A stretch of DNA of 64,000 nucleotides from Gracilinanus agilis (taxonomy: Eukaryota): positions 207,503,156 to 207,567,155 of the forward strand of contig NC_058134.1 of NCBI RefSeq assembly GCF_016433145.1, written 5' to 3'. Position 1 is the first letter of the stretch. Every line of letters begins with the position of its first letter. Below the pieces are notes generated by a model. The model worked only from the letters and a program-made list of their open reading frames with translations. It ran no database searches and was not told the origin of the DNA. Positions 38,223 to 50,972 of the stretch are shown in pieces. Position numbers and translations under genes: made by a program.

Positions 38223-39050
38223 TTGTGAATTGATCCAACCATTCTGGAAGGCAATTTGGAACTATGTCCAAAGGGCTTTAAAAGACTGCCTGACCCTTGA
38301 TCCAGCCCTACCACTGCTGGGTTTGTATCCCAAAGAGATAATAGAGAAAAATACTTGTACAAAAATATTCATAGCCATGCCCTTTGTAGTGGCAAAAAAC
38401 TGGAAAATGAGGGGATGTCCATAGATTGGGGAATGGCAGAACAAATTGTGGTATCTGATGGTGATGGAATATTATTGTGCTGAAAGGAAATGAACTGGAA
38501 GAATTCCATGTGAACTGGAAAGACCTCCAGGAATTGATGCAGAGCAAAAGGAGCAGTACCAGGAGAATGTTATATAGAGAGACTGATATACTGTGGCACA
38601 ACTGAACATAATGGACTTCTCTACTAGCAGCAGTACAATGATCCAGGACAATCCTAAGAGACTTATGAGAAAAAATGCTATCCAAGTCCAGAGAAAGAAC
38701 TGTGGGAGCAGAAATGCAGAAGAAAAACATATAATTGATCACATGGTTCGATGGGTATGTGATTGAGGATGTTGACTTTGAATGATCACTCTAATGCAAA
38801 TATTAATGATATAATATTGTTATATAATATTATATATTATGTTATATATAATAATAAATATTAATGATATACTATAATAATGATAAAGGTTTTGAACAAT
38901 GATACATGTAAAACCCAATGTAATTGCTCATTGGCTGTGGGGGGCGGGGAAGAACATGAATCACGTAACCATGGGAAAAATATTCTAAATTAATTAATCA
39001 ATACAAATTTTTAAGAAAAAATCTAAAATCCACCCTCCACAAGTCCCCCC
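38223..39050 (+). mobile_element. 5'-truncated younger L1 nested in the ORF1 of an older L1
   Basis: 18-bp TSD aaaacccagaactcccag (38205-38222) and aaaatccagaattcccag (39051-39068). ORF 38230-38424 is the ORF2 C-terminus. Confidence 0.88.
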
Positions 39051-39164
39051 AAAATCCAGAATTCCCAGGTAAAGGAGAAAATACTGAAAGGGGCCTGAAA
39101 GAAATAATTTAAGTACTATGGAATCCCAATGAGGATAACTAACACAAGATTTAGCAGCCACCAC

Positions 39165-39520
39165 TAAAAAGGCAACTCTAGACAGAATACTAAAAAGCAG
39201 AGACATCACCTTACTAACAAAGGTTTGTACAATAAAAGCCATGGTTTTTCCAGTAGGAATGTATAGCTGCAAGAGTCGGACCACAAGGAAAACTAAAGCT
39301 GCAGAATCTACACTTTCTAACTTCTGAGAGCCATTTAGACAGCAAGAAGTTCAAATCAGTCAATACTTATCTTTTTAAATTATGTAGTTTGTTACATTAG
39401 AATTTCCAGGTATCTCTCACTCTTTTTTCGCTCCTCATGCATGGGCACACATACATACACACACAAAAACTATGTCTGGCTTATTTCTATTTATCAGTAA
39501 ATACTTAAAGAAATGTATTC
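39165..39520 (+). mobile_element. BovB/RTE reverse-transcriptase fragment
   Basis: Translates to ATLDRILKSRDITLLTKVCTIKAMVFPVGMYSCKS, matching the recalled BovB NLDSILKSRDITLPTKVRLVKAMVFPVVMYGCES. Confidence 0.85.
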
Positions 39521-40704
39521 AGATGACTCACTGTCAAATGTCACTAACCAAATACTAAGGCCGAAGCTTAAACCAGGCAGAATTTATGCCAGGAATGCAG
39601 GCCTGGTATACTGTAAGAATACGAGGAAAATTGTAAGGATTATTGACCATATTAAAAACAAAAACATATTAATATTTCAGTAGATACTGGAAAAGATTTT
39701 GAAAAAATACAATACCTATTCCTATTAAAAATACTAGAAAGTATAGCATCTATTTTTAAATCAAGATCAAACATTATCTGAAAAGGAGATAACCTATGAG
39801 CTATTCCAATATGATTAAATAAAAATATCCTTTATCACAATTGCTATTCAATATTATACTAGAAATGCTAGCTGTAACAATGGATCAAGAAAAAGAATAT
39901 TGAAGGAATTCAGAATAGGCAATGAAGAAATAAGATTACTACTACATGCAGATGATATAATGGTTTCACTTAGAAAACCTAAAGAGTCAACCTAAAAACT
40001 AATCTAAACAAATTAGCAACTTCAGCAAAGTTGCAGGACATAAAATAAACCCACACAAATTATAAGCATCTCTATATATTACCAAAAAATTCAACGGAGG
40101 TAGAAAAAGAAATTACATTCAAAATAACCACAGACACTATAAAATATTTAGGAGTCTACCTACCAAGGCACACTCAGGAAGTATATGAACACAAATATAA
40201 AACACTTTTCACAGAGACAAATTTAAACAATTAAATATTAATTGCTCCTGGGTAGGCTAAGCCAACAAAATAAAACGAAAATACTAACCTAACTTAGCAA
40301 TTCAGGACCATATCAATCAAATTACCAAAGAATTTCTTTAAATAAACAGAAGCATCATCTGCAGGAACAAAAGGTCAAGAATATCAAGGATCAATTTTAA
40401 AAAAGGGAAAGGAAAAGGGAAACTTGCACTAAAATTGCCAGATCTTTTCCAGATAAATAGTGTTATCTTCTTTATTTTGTACCTTTAAAGTTGATTTTTT
40501 TAACCCAAGGATAAGATTTTACATTTAATTCTATTAATTATCATATTATTATTAGTGTCTGCCCAATGATTTAGATGGTCCAGATCTTTGGGGATCATGT
40601 TTCAATTAGTATGTAAGCATTTGTGAAGTACTTATTATTATGTCAGACATTGTTTTGGTTGCTAGAAATACTAAGATAAAAACAAAGGAAATTACATTCT
40701 ACAT

Positions 40705-41832
40705 CAGAGGTTGATAAATTTTTCTGTAAAGGCTCATATAGTAAATATTTTAGTTAGTGTTTCCTGTCATAAAAATAGATTTGTAAATGATCCTTTGTTA
40801 ATTTAATATATAATGAAATATTACATATTTCACTTTTGAAAATGTCTTTTCTACAGAGAGGTACTGCCACATACTGATACCAAGTCATATGCATACAATC
40901 TTAAGTGAGCATATTGTTTGGAAGTAATTTATAGATTTCTATTAAATTCTTCTCTTGATATTTGTCTTTTAGTATCATATTACAATGTAGATTAATTACT
41001 TCCAATTAAAGGTTAAGTGATAGCTCTCAACCACACAGTTGAACTGAGTTCAAATTATGGGAATTTCTTTTGTATATATTATATTAAGGTCACAAAAATG
41101 TTGGAACTGTAGTTTGAGCTCAGAAAATACATCCACTGTATATATGTGTGAGAATGGAGATCTTATTTCTTGTTTAACTTATGACAGCATAGTACGTATA
41201 TAAAAGGTAGCTTGATGTTACTTACATTTCAAGCATTGTCACTGAATTGATTTGACTATAGTTATGAATTTTGCATGTAAGCACTGTCTTGCCTTGAAAT
41301 TTTAGAATGAATGCATTCATAAATATTATCAAGTGTACAACAAAAGCTAATTTCCAAAGCTATTCAGTGTTTGATAACAGTGTTTGAAGATTTCATTTAG
41401 AAAAATTTAAATCTCAACCGTGAGCTAAAAAAATAAAACCTTCTTTCTTCTTCTTTTGACATGATAGACATAACCAGCAATTTAGAAAAAAAAGGTTGCA
41501 GAATGTCAATGCAGCACTTGAAATGCTACTGAATTATATCTGACACTGTAACTTATAATGTCCAGAGTAGCAGTGCAGAGTAATGAGAATGCCACTTATA
41601 CTCTGTTGCAACTACTGCTGTTGTAGTATAAAAATAGGCATGGGTGAACAGATGTGCATGGCTGTATTCCAATAAAACTTTATTTGTAAACACTCAGATT
41701 TGGATTTTATATATTTTTCATTTAATAAAATATTATTCTTCTTTTGATTTTTTCCAACCATTTAAAAATGTAAAAACCATTCTTACGTGAGCAATACAAA
41801 AACAGGTATATGTCGTAATTTGACAACCCCTG
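40705..41832 (-). mobile_element. Cheshire/MER58-related hAT element with a transposase C-terminal remnant
   Basis: MER58-like ends cagaggttgataaatttttctgtaaagg and ttccaataaaactttatt...tttgacaacccctg. The minus strand near 40800-40920 reads YAHLRLYAYDLVSVCGSTSL/CRKDIF, which after a frameshift resembles the hAT dimerisation motif. No clear TSD. Confidence 0.8.
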
Positions 41833-42129
41833 TCAGAGATAAATGTAATAAATACAAAGTAATTTTGTTGATAGGGAACACTAACAACTGAAATAATCAG
41901 CAAAGAGCCTCTCAGAGATGGTGGTACAAAAGCACAACCTGAAAGGAATTTAAAAATTCTAAAAGAAGGAAAGGAATAGGAGTATGTTCTAGGAATGGGG
42001 GACAAACTGTGTAAAAGAAGAGAGGTGGGAGATGGCAAATAGTATAGCAAGGCATTAAATGGGACAATTTAGTAGAAACAAGAAGGATATCAATTTGATG
42101 TTGATTATACATGTGAATTTTAGCAAGTC

Positions 42130-43590
42130 ATATTTCCATATTATCATGTTGTAAAAGAAAACACAAACAAAATAAACAATAAAAATAAAGTAAAAAAAAT
42201 ATGCTTCACTTGGAGTTTAGAGATCATCAGTTCTCTTTCAGAAGGGGGATAGCATCTTTCATCATTGGTCCTTTGGTGTTGTCTTAGATCATTGGCTTGA
42301 TCAAAGTAGATAAGCTTTATACCCGCCACCCCCCAAAAAACCCAAAGTAGCTAAGTCTTTCATAGTTTATCAGCCTTACAATGTTGCTATTACTATGTAT
42401 AATAATAGTCTCCTGGTTCTGCTCACTTTGCCTTGCACTGGCACATGTAAGTCTTTCCAGGTTTTTCCGAAACTTTATGATTATCATTTCTTAATAGCAT
42501 GGTAGTATTTCATTACAATCATATGCCACAGCTTGTTCAGCCATTCTCCAATAGATGGTCATCCCCTCAATTTCCAATTCTTTGCCACCACAGAAAGAGC
42601 TGAAATATATATATTTGTACAGATAGGTGCTTCCCCCTATTCTTTCATCTTTTTTGGATATAGACCTAGCAGTGAATGCTGGGTCAAATGGTATGCACAA
42701 TTTTGTAGCCCTTTGGGCATATTTCCAATTGTTCTCCAGAATGGTTGAATTAGTTCACCATTTTACAAAGAGTTCATTAGTGTCCCAATTTTTTCACATT
42801 CCCTCCAGCATGTTATTAACCTATTCTATAATGTTAACCAGTCTGATAGGTTTGAGGTGGTGTTTCAGAGTTGCTTTAATTTGCATTTCTCTATTAGTAG
42901 TAATTTTAGAGTATTTTTATGGGATTATTGATAGCTTTGATTTCTTCCTTTAAAACTGCCTTTTAAAAAACCCCATAACCTTTGACTATTTATAAAATGG
43001 GGAATGGCTCTTTTATAAATTTGGTTCAGTTCCCAATAGTTGAGAAATGAGACTTTTATAAGAAAAACTTGTATATTTTTTCTTCCAATTTTCTGTTCTC
43101 CTAATTTTGGCTTCATTTGTTTTATTTATACAAAAGCTTTTAAATTTCATGTAATAAATATTATCCATTTTTCATCCAGCAATGCTCTCTATCTCATTTT
43201 TTATTTGGTTATAAATTCTTATAAACTTATCCACAGATCTGACTCGTATAGTTTTCTATGCTCCTCAAATGTGAAAACACCTTTATGTATAAATCATTAA
43301 TTCATTTTGACGTTATCTTGTTATAGGGCATGAGATGTTGATCAATGCCTAGTTTCTGCAAAGATGCTTTCTAGTTTTCCTAAAAAATTTTGTCAAATGT
43401 TGAGTTCTTACCCCTCAAGCTTGGATCTTGGATTTATCAAACACTAGGTTACGGGGTCATTTACTATTGTGTACCCTAATCTATTCCACTGATCCATCAC
43501 TTGATTTCTTGGCTGGACCAGATTGTTTTGATGATTACTGCTTTGTAATATAGTTTGAAATCTGGAATTGCTAGGCTGTCTTCCTTGTGA
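42130..43590 (-). mobile_element. L1 ORF2 3' part and 3'UTR
   Basis: ORF 42491-42700 (CIPFDPA...FCGGKELEIEG) and typical L1-antisense text. Confidence 0.9.
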
Positions 43591-45400
43591 AGGGCTTTAA
43601 ATAACAAACAGTATGAGTTTTACTCTACATAAAAATGCTAAACAGCATAGTACCAAACATAGCTTTTCTTGAAGTACTATTCCAGAGACTTCCTCCTAAG
43701 CTGATATCAAATCATGATTATCTATTTTGGGATCTGACCACTCAACAAATTCTGAATACATTTAGTGGTACAACTGTTCAACTTTTCCATAAGAAAAACA
43801 TGAGCAACTTTGTCAAATCCTGTTAAAATCGAGATAAACTATATTTACATAATGCCCCAGACCTATCAGTGTGGGAGTTCTGACAAAAAAGGAAAAGGGT
43901 TAGTCTGATATGACCTGTTCTTAATGTAGCTATGGTCTTTGTGACCATCATTTCCTCTACGAATGTTCCCTAACCATGCTACATTCTAGAATTTTGGCAA
44001 GAATCAAAATCCAGCTAACTAGCTTAGAATTTAGCCCCAATACACTTCCCAAAAAAGCAATTCCCATTCTCTACTCCTAAGGCCTTTTCTATTCTCTGAG
44101 ATCTTTCAAAGATCAAATAGTTATCTGATCATATCCTGTTAGTTTATTCAGTGCCTAGAGGATGTAGCACCTAGATTTGATAAACTGACTTTTAGCAAAG
44201 GCAGTTAAATAGATGATTTCCAATTCCCTATTTGCTTCAAATGTTAACTCTTTATACTCATCTTTCTTCTGTCCTTTTAGGTCTAAACCCTTGGCAGAGA
44301 AAATATCAGCAAAATAGGAATTGAGTATCTCTATTTTTTGATCATCATCCCAACCATCTCCAGCAGTGCTCTCATCTTTTCTATGATCTTCAAGTTCCTC
44401 AAAGTAGCTTAAAAAACACCCAGGTCCTCCTACATATACGCACACACTTGCACACCAACTCTTTCTGATATTCTCAGCATTCTTTGCTCCCTTTGGCTCA
44501 TTTTAAACTTTGGAACTAATGATACTGTTCTTACAGGATGAGAGGCACTATTTTTCTGTGTTCATCTCTCACTTTTCCCCTTTCTTTTTATTATTATTCT
44601 CTTATTCTTAAAAATCCAAGTTCCATGAATACAGTGCCCTTTTTAAGAAATCTCCCTTGAAAATCTTTTATCTTCATCAGGATTGTTCCTTTTCATATCT
44701 TCATAATTTCATTCTTGATACCCTGACATTTCCCCTTTGCTGACTTCCCCAGAAGTATTTTAGGCTATGGCATTCTACTTAATTTTTCTTCCAGGATTCT
44801 TTAAATTCTGCTCTCTCCAAACATAAGGGGCATATCCAACCATTTGCAACATTTCTATTCTCCTCTATTACAAACTCTAAGACAGAATAGTTGCTTCCCA
44901 AGAGGTTACCATTATTCTCACCTCCTCAGAACCAAAATAGAAGTTTCACTCATTAGTTTCTCTACCTTTGTAGGGACGAAATCATTATTAAAGCCAGCCA
45001 GGAAAACTAGCTTTGCCTTAGGCAGAGAGGATGCATGGTCCAATACATATCTAAATGGACAAAATCCTGAAGGTTATGTTATCATGTTTCTGTGACAGGC
45101 TTGTGAATTGTTTCTCAAACTCAATAATTTCCTATGTCTAGGTGGACTAGTGTATATTTCCATGACAATATTGTTTCTGTTTTTGTCTGTATTATCTTTA
45201 CCTAAGTGTTTTCCAACATGCTTTATCTCCTCTGGATTGCCTCACTAATAGTATATGTTCTGCTATGCTCTACTCATCCTCTGCTTTATCCATCCTGTTC
45301 CCTTAGAATAAAGTATAACCTTTCAGAGCCATATTCTGAATGTGGGTCTCGATTCACATGATATCTATGAAGTCAAATCGGCCTTCTTGTATAAGAAACT
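43590..45400 (-). mobile_element. CR1/L3 ORF2 remnant
   Basis: ORF 44155-44445 contains KIEILNSYFADIFS (CR1 EKAEVLNAFFASVF-like). Also ttagtctgatatgacctgttctt. Confidence 0.75.
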
Positions 45401-45564
45401 ATAGTGTGTTTACCTTATTTCTTTGCCCATTATTTGTGTATTTGTAAGAAGACATCTGAAACTATAATTTATTGCAGGGTCCTTCTATGGATGTTTTCTC
45501 ATGTGAACTTGTAGGCATCTTACTGCTATTCTTCTTATATTGTATATACTCTCTATGGTCAGTC

Positions 45565-47760
45565 AATCAACAAAAGTTTATTTGCAACTTCCATATGCCA
45601 AGCAGTGTGTTTAACACTGAGGATACAAAGAAAGGTGAAACAGTCTCTGTTGCTGAGGAGATAATATGAAAACAACTCTGCATAAATAAAATAATAATCA
45701 CCATAGGGAAGGCATTAGTAAAGGAGATCAGAAACGTTTTTTTGTTTTTGTTTTTTTTTTTGTAGAAAGTAGGATTAATTGGGAAGCCAGAGAGACCATG
45801 AGAGAAAGGAGGAGGCAGAGAATTACAGACATGGGGAACTGTCAGTGAAAACACAAAGAATCTGGTAAGGGAGTATCTTATTTGAGAAACAGTATTGGAG
45901 GCTGGTGTCATTGAAACAAAGAGTATATGAAGTAGAATCAGGTATAAAGATACTGGAAAGGTAGTAGAAAGTCAGGTTGTAAAGGGGTTTGACTGTTAAA
46001 TAGATGACTTTATATTTGATAGGGAGGCACTGACTTTTACTGAACAGGAGGTTAACAAGTCAGATTTGTACTTTAGGAAGATTAATTTGAAAACTAAATG
46101 AATGATGGACTGAAGTATGGAAAGATGGAACAGAGAGATCAACCATAAAGTACTAGCCGGGTCAGAGAAAAGAAAGGAAAATATAAAAGAGATATTATGA
46201 AGGTAAAAATTACAGGATGTGGCCACGTCTTGGATATGGGAAGTAAGAGAGCTGAGAATGACACTGAGGTTATGAGCCTGGGTAACTCAAAGGATGGTGG
46301 TACCCTTGATAGTAATGGGGAAAAAAATAAGTAAGAAAGAGGGCTTAGAGGTAAAAAAAAAAAAAAAGAATTAAATATGAACACATTGAATTCAAGCTGT
46401 TTATTGAGACATCCAATTCAAGATGTCCAAAAGGTACTGGGGAGATGCAAGACTAGATATTGGTCAAGAGAAAGATTAGGGCTGAATAAGTTGAAATGGG
46501 AATCATCAACATATAAATGACAACTGATCCAAGGGAGTTCCTGAAATCAGCAAATGAAATAGAATGGAGGGAAAAGAGAATAGGGCCCAGGATAGGGCCT
46601 AAAGGCATGACAGTTAGTGGGCATAACCTGGATAAAGATCAGGAAAAAGGAAACTTTAATAAGAATAGTTAGATGTGGAGAGAAGTACCAGGAGAGAATT
46701 GACTCTAGTTTAAAGACATTTTGATTAGATTTTCAAAATTCTATGAACATATTTTTGTTATCCCTGGGTTTTTTCCTTCTCTTCAATGTATTGACTTCAA
46801 ACTAATTTTTCATTCTTTCTTTTCCCCTGGCAATAAAATGACTCTCAGAAAGGCGACAATATTAAACAGAATCATTCTGCTTAAAAGAATCTTGATTTAA
46901 ATACTGTCAGTTTTCTACATAAAAGCATAATTATTCCTACCTTGTATAAACAAACAGGGTTCCTTCTACATCAGTCTTCTCCTGCAAAAAACATACAACA
47001 AAATATAAATATATTTTCTCCATTCAAACAAAGAGTCATATATTTGGAAATCATAATCTTCTTATGAAATAAAATAAGCAGGCCTGAAATCCAGTATTGA
47101 GATCAATCAGGTAATATGTATTTATTAAGCATCTGTTATATGCCAGGTACTTGCTAAAAGTTGGGGATACAAAACCAAAATAGAATAGTTTCTGCTCTTG
47201 AGAAGCTTACAATCAAGCCAGAGAAGATTTTGTGTGTGTGTGTATACACACCCCTATGCAAATACAGGTATATAAAAAATAGGTCTAAGATAATTGTATA
47301 TTCTCTTATAAAAGAAGAAGCCAACAGCTGAGGAAGTGGTATCAAGAAAGGCTTCTTGTAGGAAGTGGAAAGGTGGGTTAGGTTCTGATTATGAAAAGTT
47401 TTAAATGTCAAGAAAAAGTTAAAGAGTCTAGAGGTTTTAGGGAGCCACTAGAATTTGAACAGAGGAGTGACATGGACACAGTGGTATATTAGGAAAATAA
47501 CTCTGGCAGCTGAGTAGAAAATAATTTGATAGTACAGAGAGACTTGAGACAGGGATAGCCATCAGGAGTCTACTGCAATAGCTTTAGTGAGAATTAATAA
47601 GAATTTGAACCAGGGCAAGTGCTGTGATAGTAGAGAGAAAAAGGCTGATTTGAGGGATGTTTGTGAAGATAGAAACAATAATATTTGCAACTAATTGATT
47701 ATCAGGAGTTAGTGAGAGAAAGAAGTGATGTATGATAAATTTAAAATGATCAAATGTTAG
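45565..47760 (-). mobile_element. L2 fragments flanking DCP1B exon 2 (about 45565-46700 and 47100-47760)
   Basis: Inverted L2 termini caatcaacaaaagttatt and atttattaagcatctgttatatgccagg, with purine-rich L2-antisense bodies. Confidence 0.7.
46941..46981 (-). CDS. DCP1B: DCP1B coding exon 2 (41 nt; EKTDVEGTLFVYT-R)
   Basis: ttttgcag acceptor and GTAGGA donor. Phase 0 in, phase 2 out. Peptide continues exon 1 exactly as in DCP1B. Confidence 0.97.
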
Positions 47761-48358
47761 TAAGAGAAATACAGAGACAATTACTTTTAGAAAGCACAGG
47801 AAAGTAGATTTCCTGTCATAATTATGATACTCCAGTTGGAATCAGCTATTTTCTTTTAATCAATCATAAAATAAATTTAGTATTAGTTTTCTTTACCAAT
47901 ACAGAGATAATAATTCAGTTCTAGAAAAATAACATAAATAATTCTGTTCCATAGATTCACTAGAAAAAAGTAATTTAAAAAAGTGCTGCCCCTTCTATCC
48001 TTTAGATTGCATATATAGAAAGCTATTAAAAAATCACTGCTCTCTGTATTTTTTATTATTATTTTTTTGCTATCTACTTATTTCCAATGTATATTTTTCT
48101 CTTGCCAAATCCTATCCCTGGGAGAATGGATAACTGGTGCCTCTACTTAACTTTCTAGATAAATGAAAGCTTCCAAAATTTTTAAATATCTACACCAAAT
48201 CTGGTATACACGTATTATGTTAAGAATGTTTATTGACAAAGATATTTCTAAGCCAAGGAGCCTTTAAACTAAACTTTGACACAATCACCAAGCTAAAACT
48301 CTAGACTAGAAGTAAGGCTGAAAATATTATGAGGAAGTTGCCAAATGAATATGTATGA

Positions 48359-48545
48359 GGGCAGCTAGGTGGTTCAGTGGTTAGAGTGCCAAGCCTGGAG
48401 TTGGGAGGGACTGAGTTCAAATTTGGCTGTAGACACTTCCTAGCTGTGTGATTCTGGGAAAGTCATTTAACTCTGTTTGCCTAACCTTTGTCCTCCTGTC
48501 TTAAGGGTTGTTACTGGGACAAAAAGTAAGAATCTTTTAAAAAAA
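48359..48545 (+). mobile_element. Opossum CORE-SINE (SINE2_MD-like)
   Basis: Head ggggcagctaggtggttcagtgg, CORE and tail ending taagaatcttttaaaaaaa. Confidence 0.8.
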
Positions 48546-49635
48546 ATCTATATGGAGTATTTCAGCTAAACCCAATCCTCACTTTCCTAAGACAGTAAAC
48601 CTTGAACCCCAAATAAGTAATTAAAATTTGAATAATGAGAAAATTATGATAGAATTAATGAAGGCTTTAATATGTTTAAAGGGGAAAAAATCTTTCAATT
48701 GTGCTTAATACAAGGGTACAATAAAATCATAAGAATAAGGTCTTTACTTACATAACTAGGAATAAAATAGCTAAACTTTGGAATTTAAAAGCAATTTAAT
48801 TTTCAAAAGCATTTAAGCAATTTAATTTCAATACTCTATTAGATATAAACTAATGAAATCCAATTGGTTAATTTCTTCTTAATTAAATTCTATTTCCCAA
48901 ATTCTTTGATTTCATGCATGCCTACAAATTTTCTGACATACCAGCATCACATTCTTCACACATTTCTTATCTAAACTTTTATATATACCTTTTCCTCCAA
49001 TCATATATTAAAATTGCATCATTTGAACATATATAAGCCATTTTTCCTTGGCTCTTCACAATCATCACACTCCCCACTCTATACATGTAAGAACATGCAA
49101 AAGGGAGTGACAAAGACCAGGACTGGCAAGAAGCCTTTTCTGGGCATTAAAATATTCATGTCCATTAGGCTTAGAAATAACAATTTTGCTTAAAAAGTTT
49201 CCATAGGATTAATCAATAGCTCTTTTGTTTTGAGATTTTTAACGTTTCAAGTTCCTAAAAAGCTAATTGAAACATTTTTTCAAAATGTTACTTCACCATG
49301 TTCCCTGTCACCCCTACACCAAAGAAGATAACCTCCATGATATTTTATCTTTAATGCTGTCATTATTATCATGTGGAATTTGGCAATACTGTACTTTCAG
49401 GAAGGACTCTATCCTTTAAATGGAAAATTATGTTAGCGGCAATAACAAAACCATTAAATTTTTTGTTGCATTTGAAACATTTCTCTTAGCATGACTGAAA
49501 TAATTTTGATATTTCCCTTCAGTCATTTTCATCAAATTCTCTAAGCAAATGCTGACATTCTAGGAAACCTGAAAACAGAAGACAGCACTTCTCAAATTAT
49601 GCATATATATTACCAAACACTTCTAATTAATTCTT

Positions 49636-49825
49636 TTTTAAAAAACCTTTACCTTTCATCTTAGAATCAGTACTGTGTATTGGTTCTAAGGCAGAAGAGT
49701 GGTAAGGGCTAGGCAATGAGGGTTAAGTGACTTGCCCAGGGTCACATAGCTAGGAAGTGTCTGAACCCAGGACCTCCCATCTCTGGGCCTGGCTCTCAAT
49801 TCACTGAGTCACCCAGCTGCCCCTT
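49636..49825 (-). mobile_element. SINE1_Mdo-type SINE with a short B-box deletion
   Basis: TSD taattaattctt at 49624-49635 and 49826-49837. Confidence 0.88.
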
Positions 49826-50935
49826 TAATTAATTCTTAATATTGCATGAGTATAAAGTACATTGTTGCATGTTTAGGAAAAAGTTTCTTTGACCTTAAGA
49901 TATCTGGTTATTGTTGCAGAATATTCGATTCAGGAATGAAGAACTTTATGAATATAAAATACTCAGCTAGTCTTTTTTTCTCTTGTAAGCATAGGTAAGG
50001 GGGTCAGGAGTTCATTGTTAAATTTGATTTTATTATGTCATTTTGAATAAGACATTCCAGTGGTTGTGTCCTTTTCTTAACTGCCAAATGGGGGCATATT
50101 GCTAACTTTATTTCACCATTGTGTTTTGAAAAATAAGATTATATTTGTAAAGCAGCTTTTAAAGTGCTCTGACCCCTCAAGCTAAAAAATAAATAAACAA
50201 TAGAAATATCAGTTTTAATCTTTCTTTGGAGAAACTCATGGTTCTTAAGAAATATAACTACTTCCTAAAAAGTAAACTAATGGTGTACTTCAGTACCTAG
50301 GAAATGATAAAACTCAGGGCACTAAAATAACATTTAGTAAGTAACTATTCCAGGAAAGTAAATACTATCAAGGGCTTAGCACAGTATTGGGCACATAGCA
50401 AGTAAATGTTTATTGCCTGATTATTGATTGAAATTATCTGATTGCCCTACAATGTCTCTTCAGTCCCCCTGCAAGTTATCTATTACTATTCAGTCAACTT
50501 AATCATTCTACTAAAAATACTTGTTTGTATCCATTATATAGGGAATCTAAAACAAGTAAGAAAACTAAATAACCAATAGAATTAAGTTTAGAATGAGACC
50601 CTATAAAATTCCATGTCGGAACTACAGCTTGCAGGACAAAAATATTTTCCTCAGCTACAGTATCTGCCTTTTGACATCTCATCATGGAAAAGCCACAACA
50701 AGCTGTTATATATGTAGGCAAATGCAGAATTTTTTTTGTTTTCTTTCGCTTTTTATGAATTAGTTTTTAAAAAGTTACTGTAATCACTCAACCAGCATTT
50801 ATTAAATACTTCCTATGTGTAAAGCAAAATTAAAAGTCAAGACTCAGGAAATATAAAAGTTATGGTTCTTCTGGCAACATTCTCTTTATCATGTTATTCT
50901 GCATTATAAATATAACTGAGAGTTTAACTGGCTTG

Positions 50936-50972
<37 letters not shown>
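50936..50972. repeat. (TA)n microsatellite
   Basis: Directly visible, one interruption. Confidence 0.95.

Larger units (their letters stand above)
36480..40430 (+). mobile_element. Composite L1 locus: 5'UTR and ORF1, nested L1 (38223-39050), BovB fragment (about 39165-39520), ORF2 remnants (about 39540-40430)
   Basis: ORF1 text RNIVAKTQNS resumes as (K)IQNSQVKEKIL after the nested insert. Later ORF2 motifs include F.PGMQ.W and LLHADDIMV.LRKP. Confidence 0.85.

Noticed and set aside
38308-38742. 144-aa minus ORF, among the longest in the track
   Set aside because: Antisense reading of an L1 3' end. The same applies to most hydrophobic ORFs in the track, which fall in L1 or L2 sequence.
40697-41840. 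8-bp TSD for the Cheshire-like element
   Set aside because: Flanks ttctacat and tcagagat match at only 4 of 8 positions, so no TSD is claimed.
49058-49112. Possible hairpin (cactccc...catgt/acatg...gggagtg)
   Set aside because: Short, interrupted stems, too weak for a pre-miRNA call.
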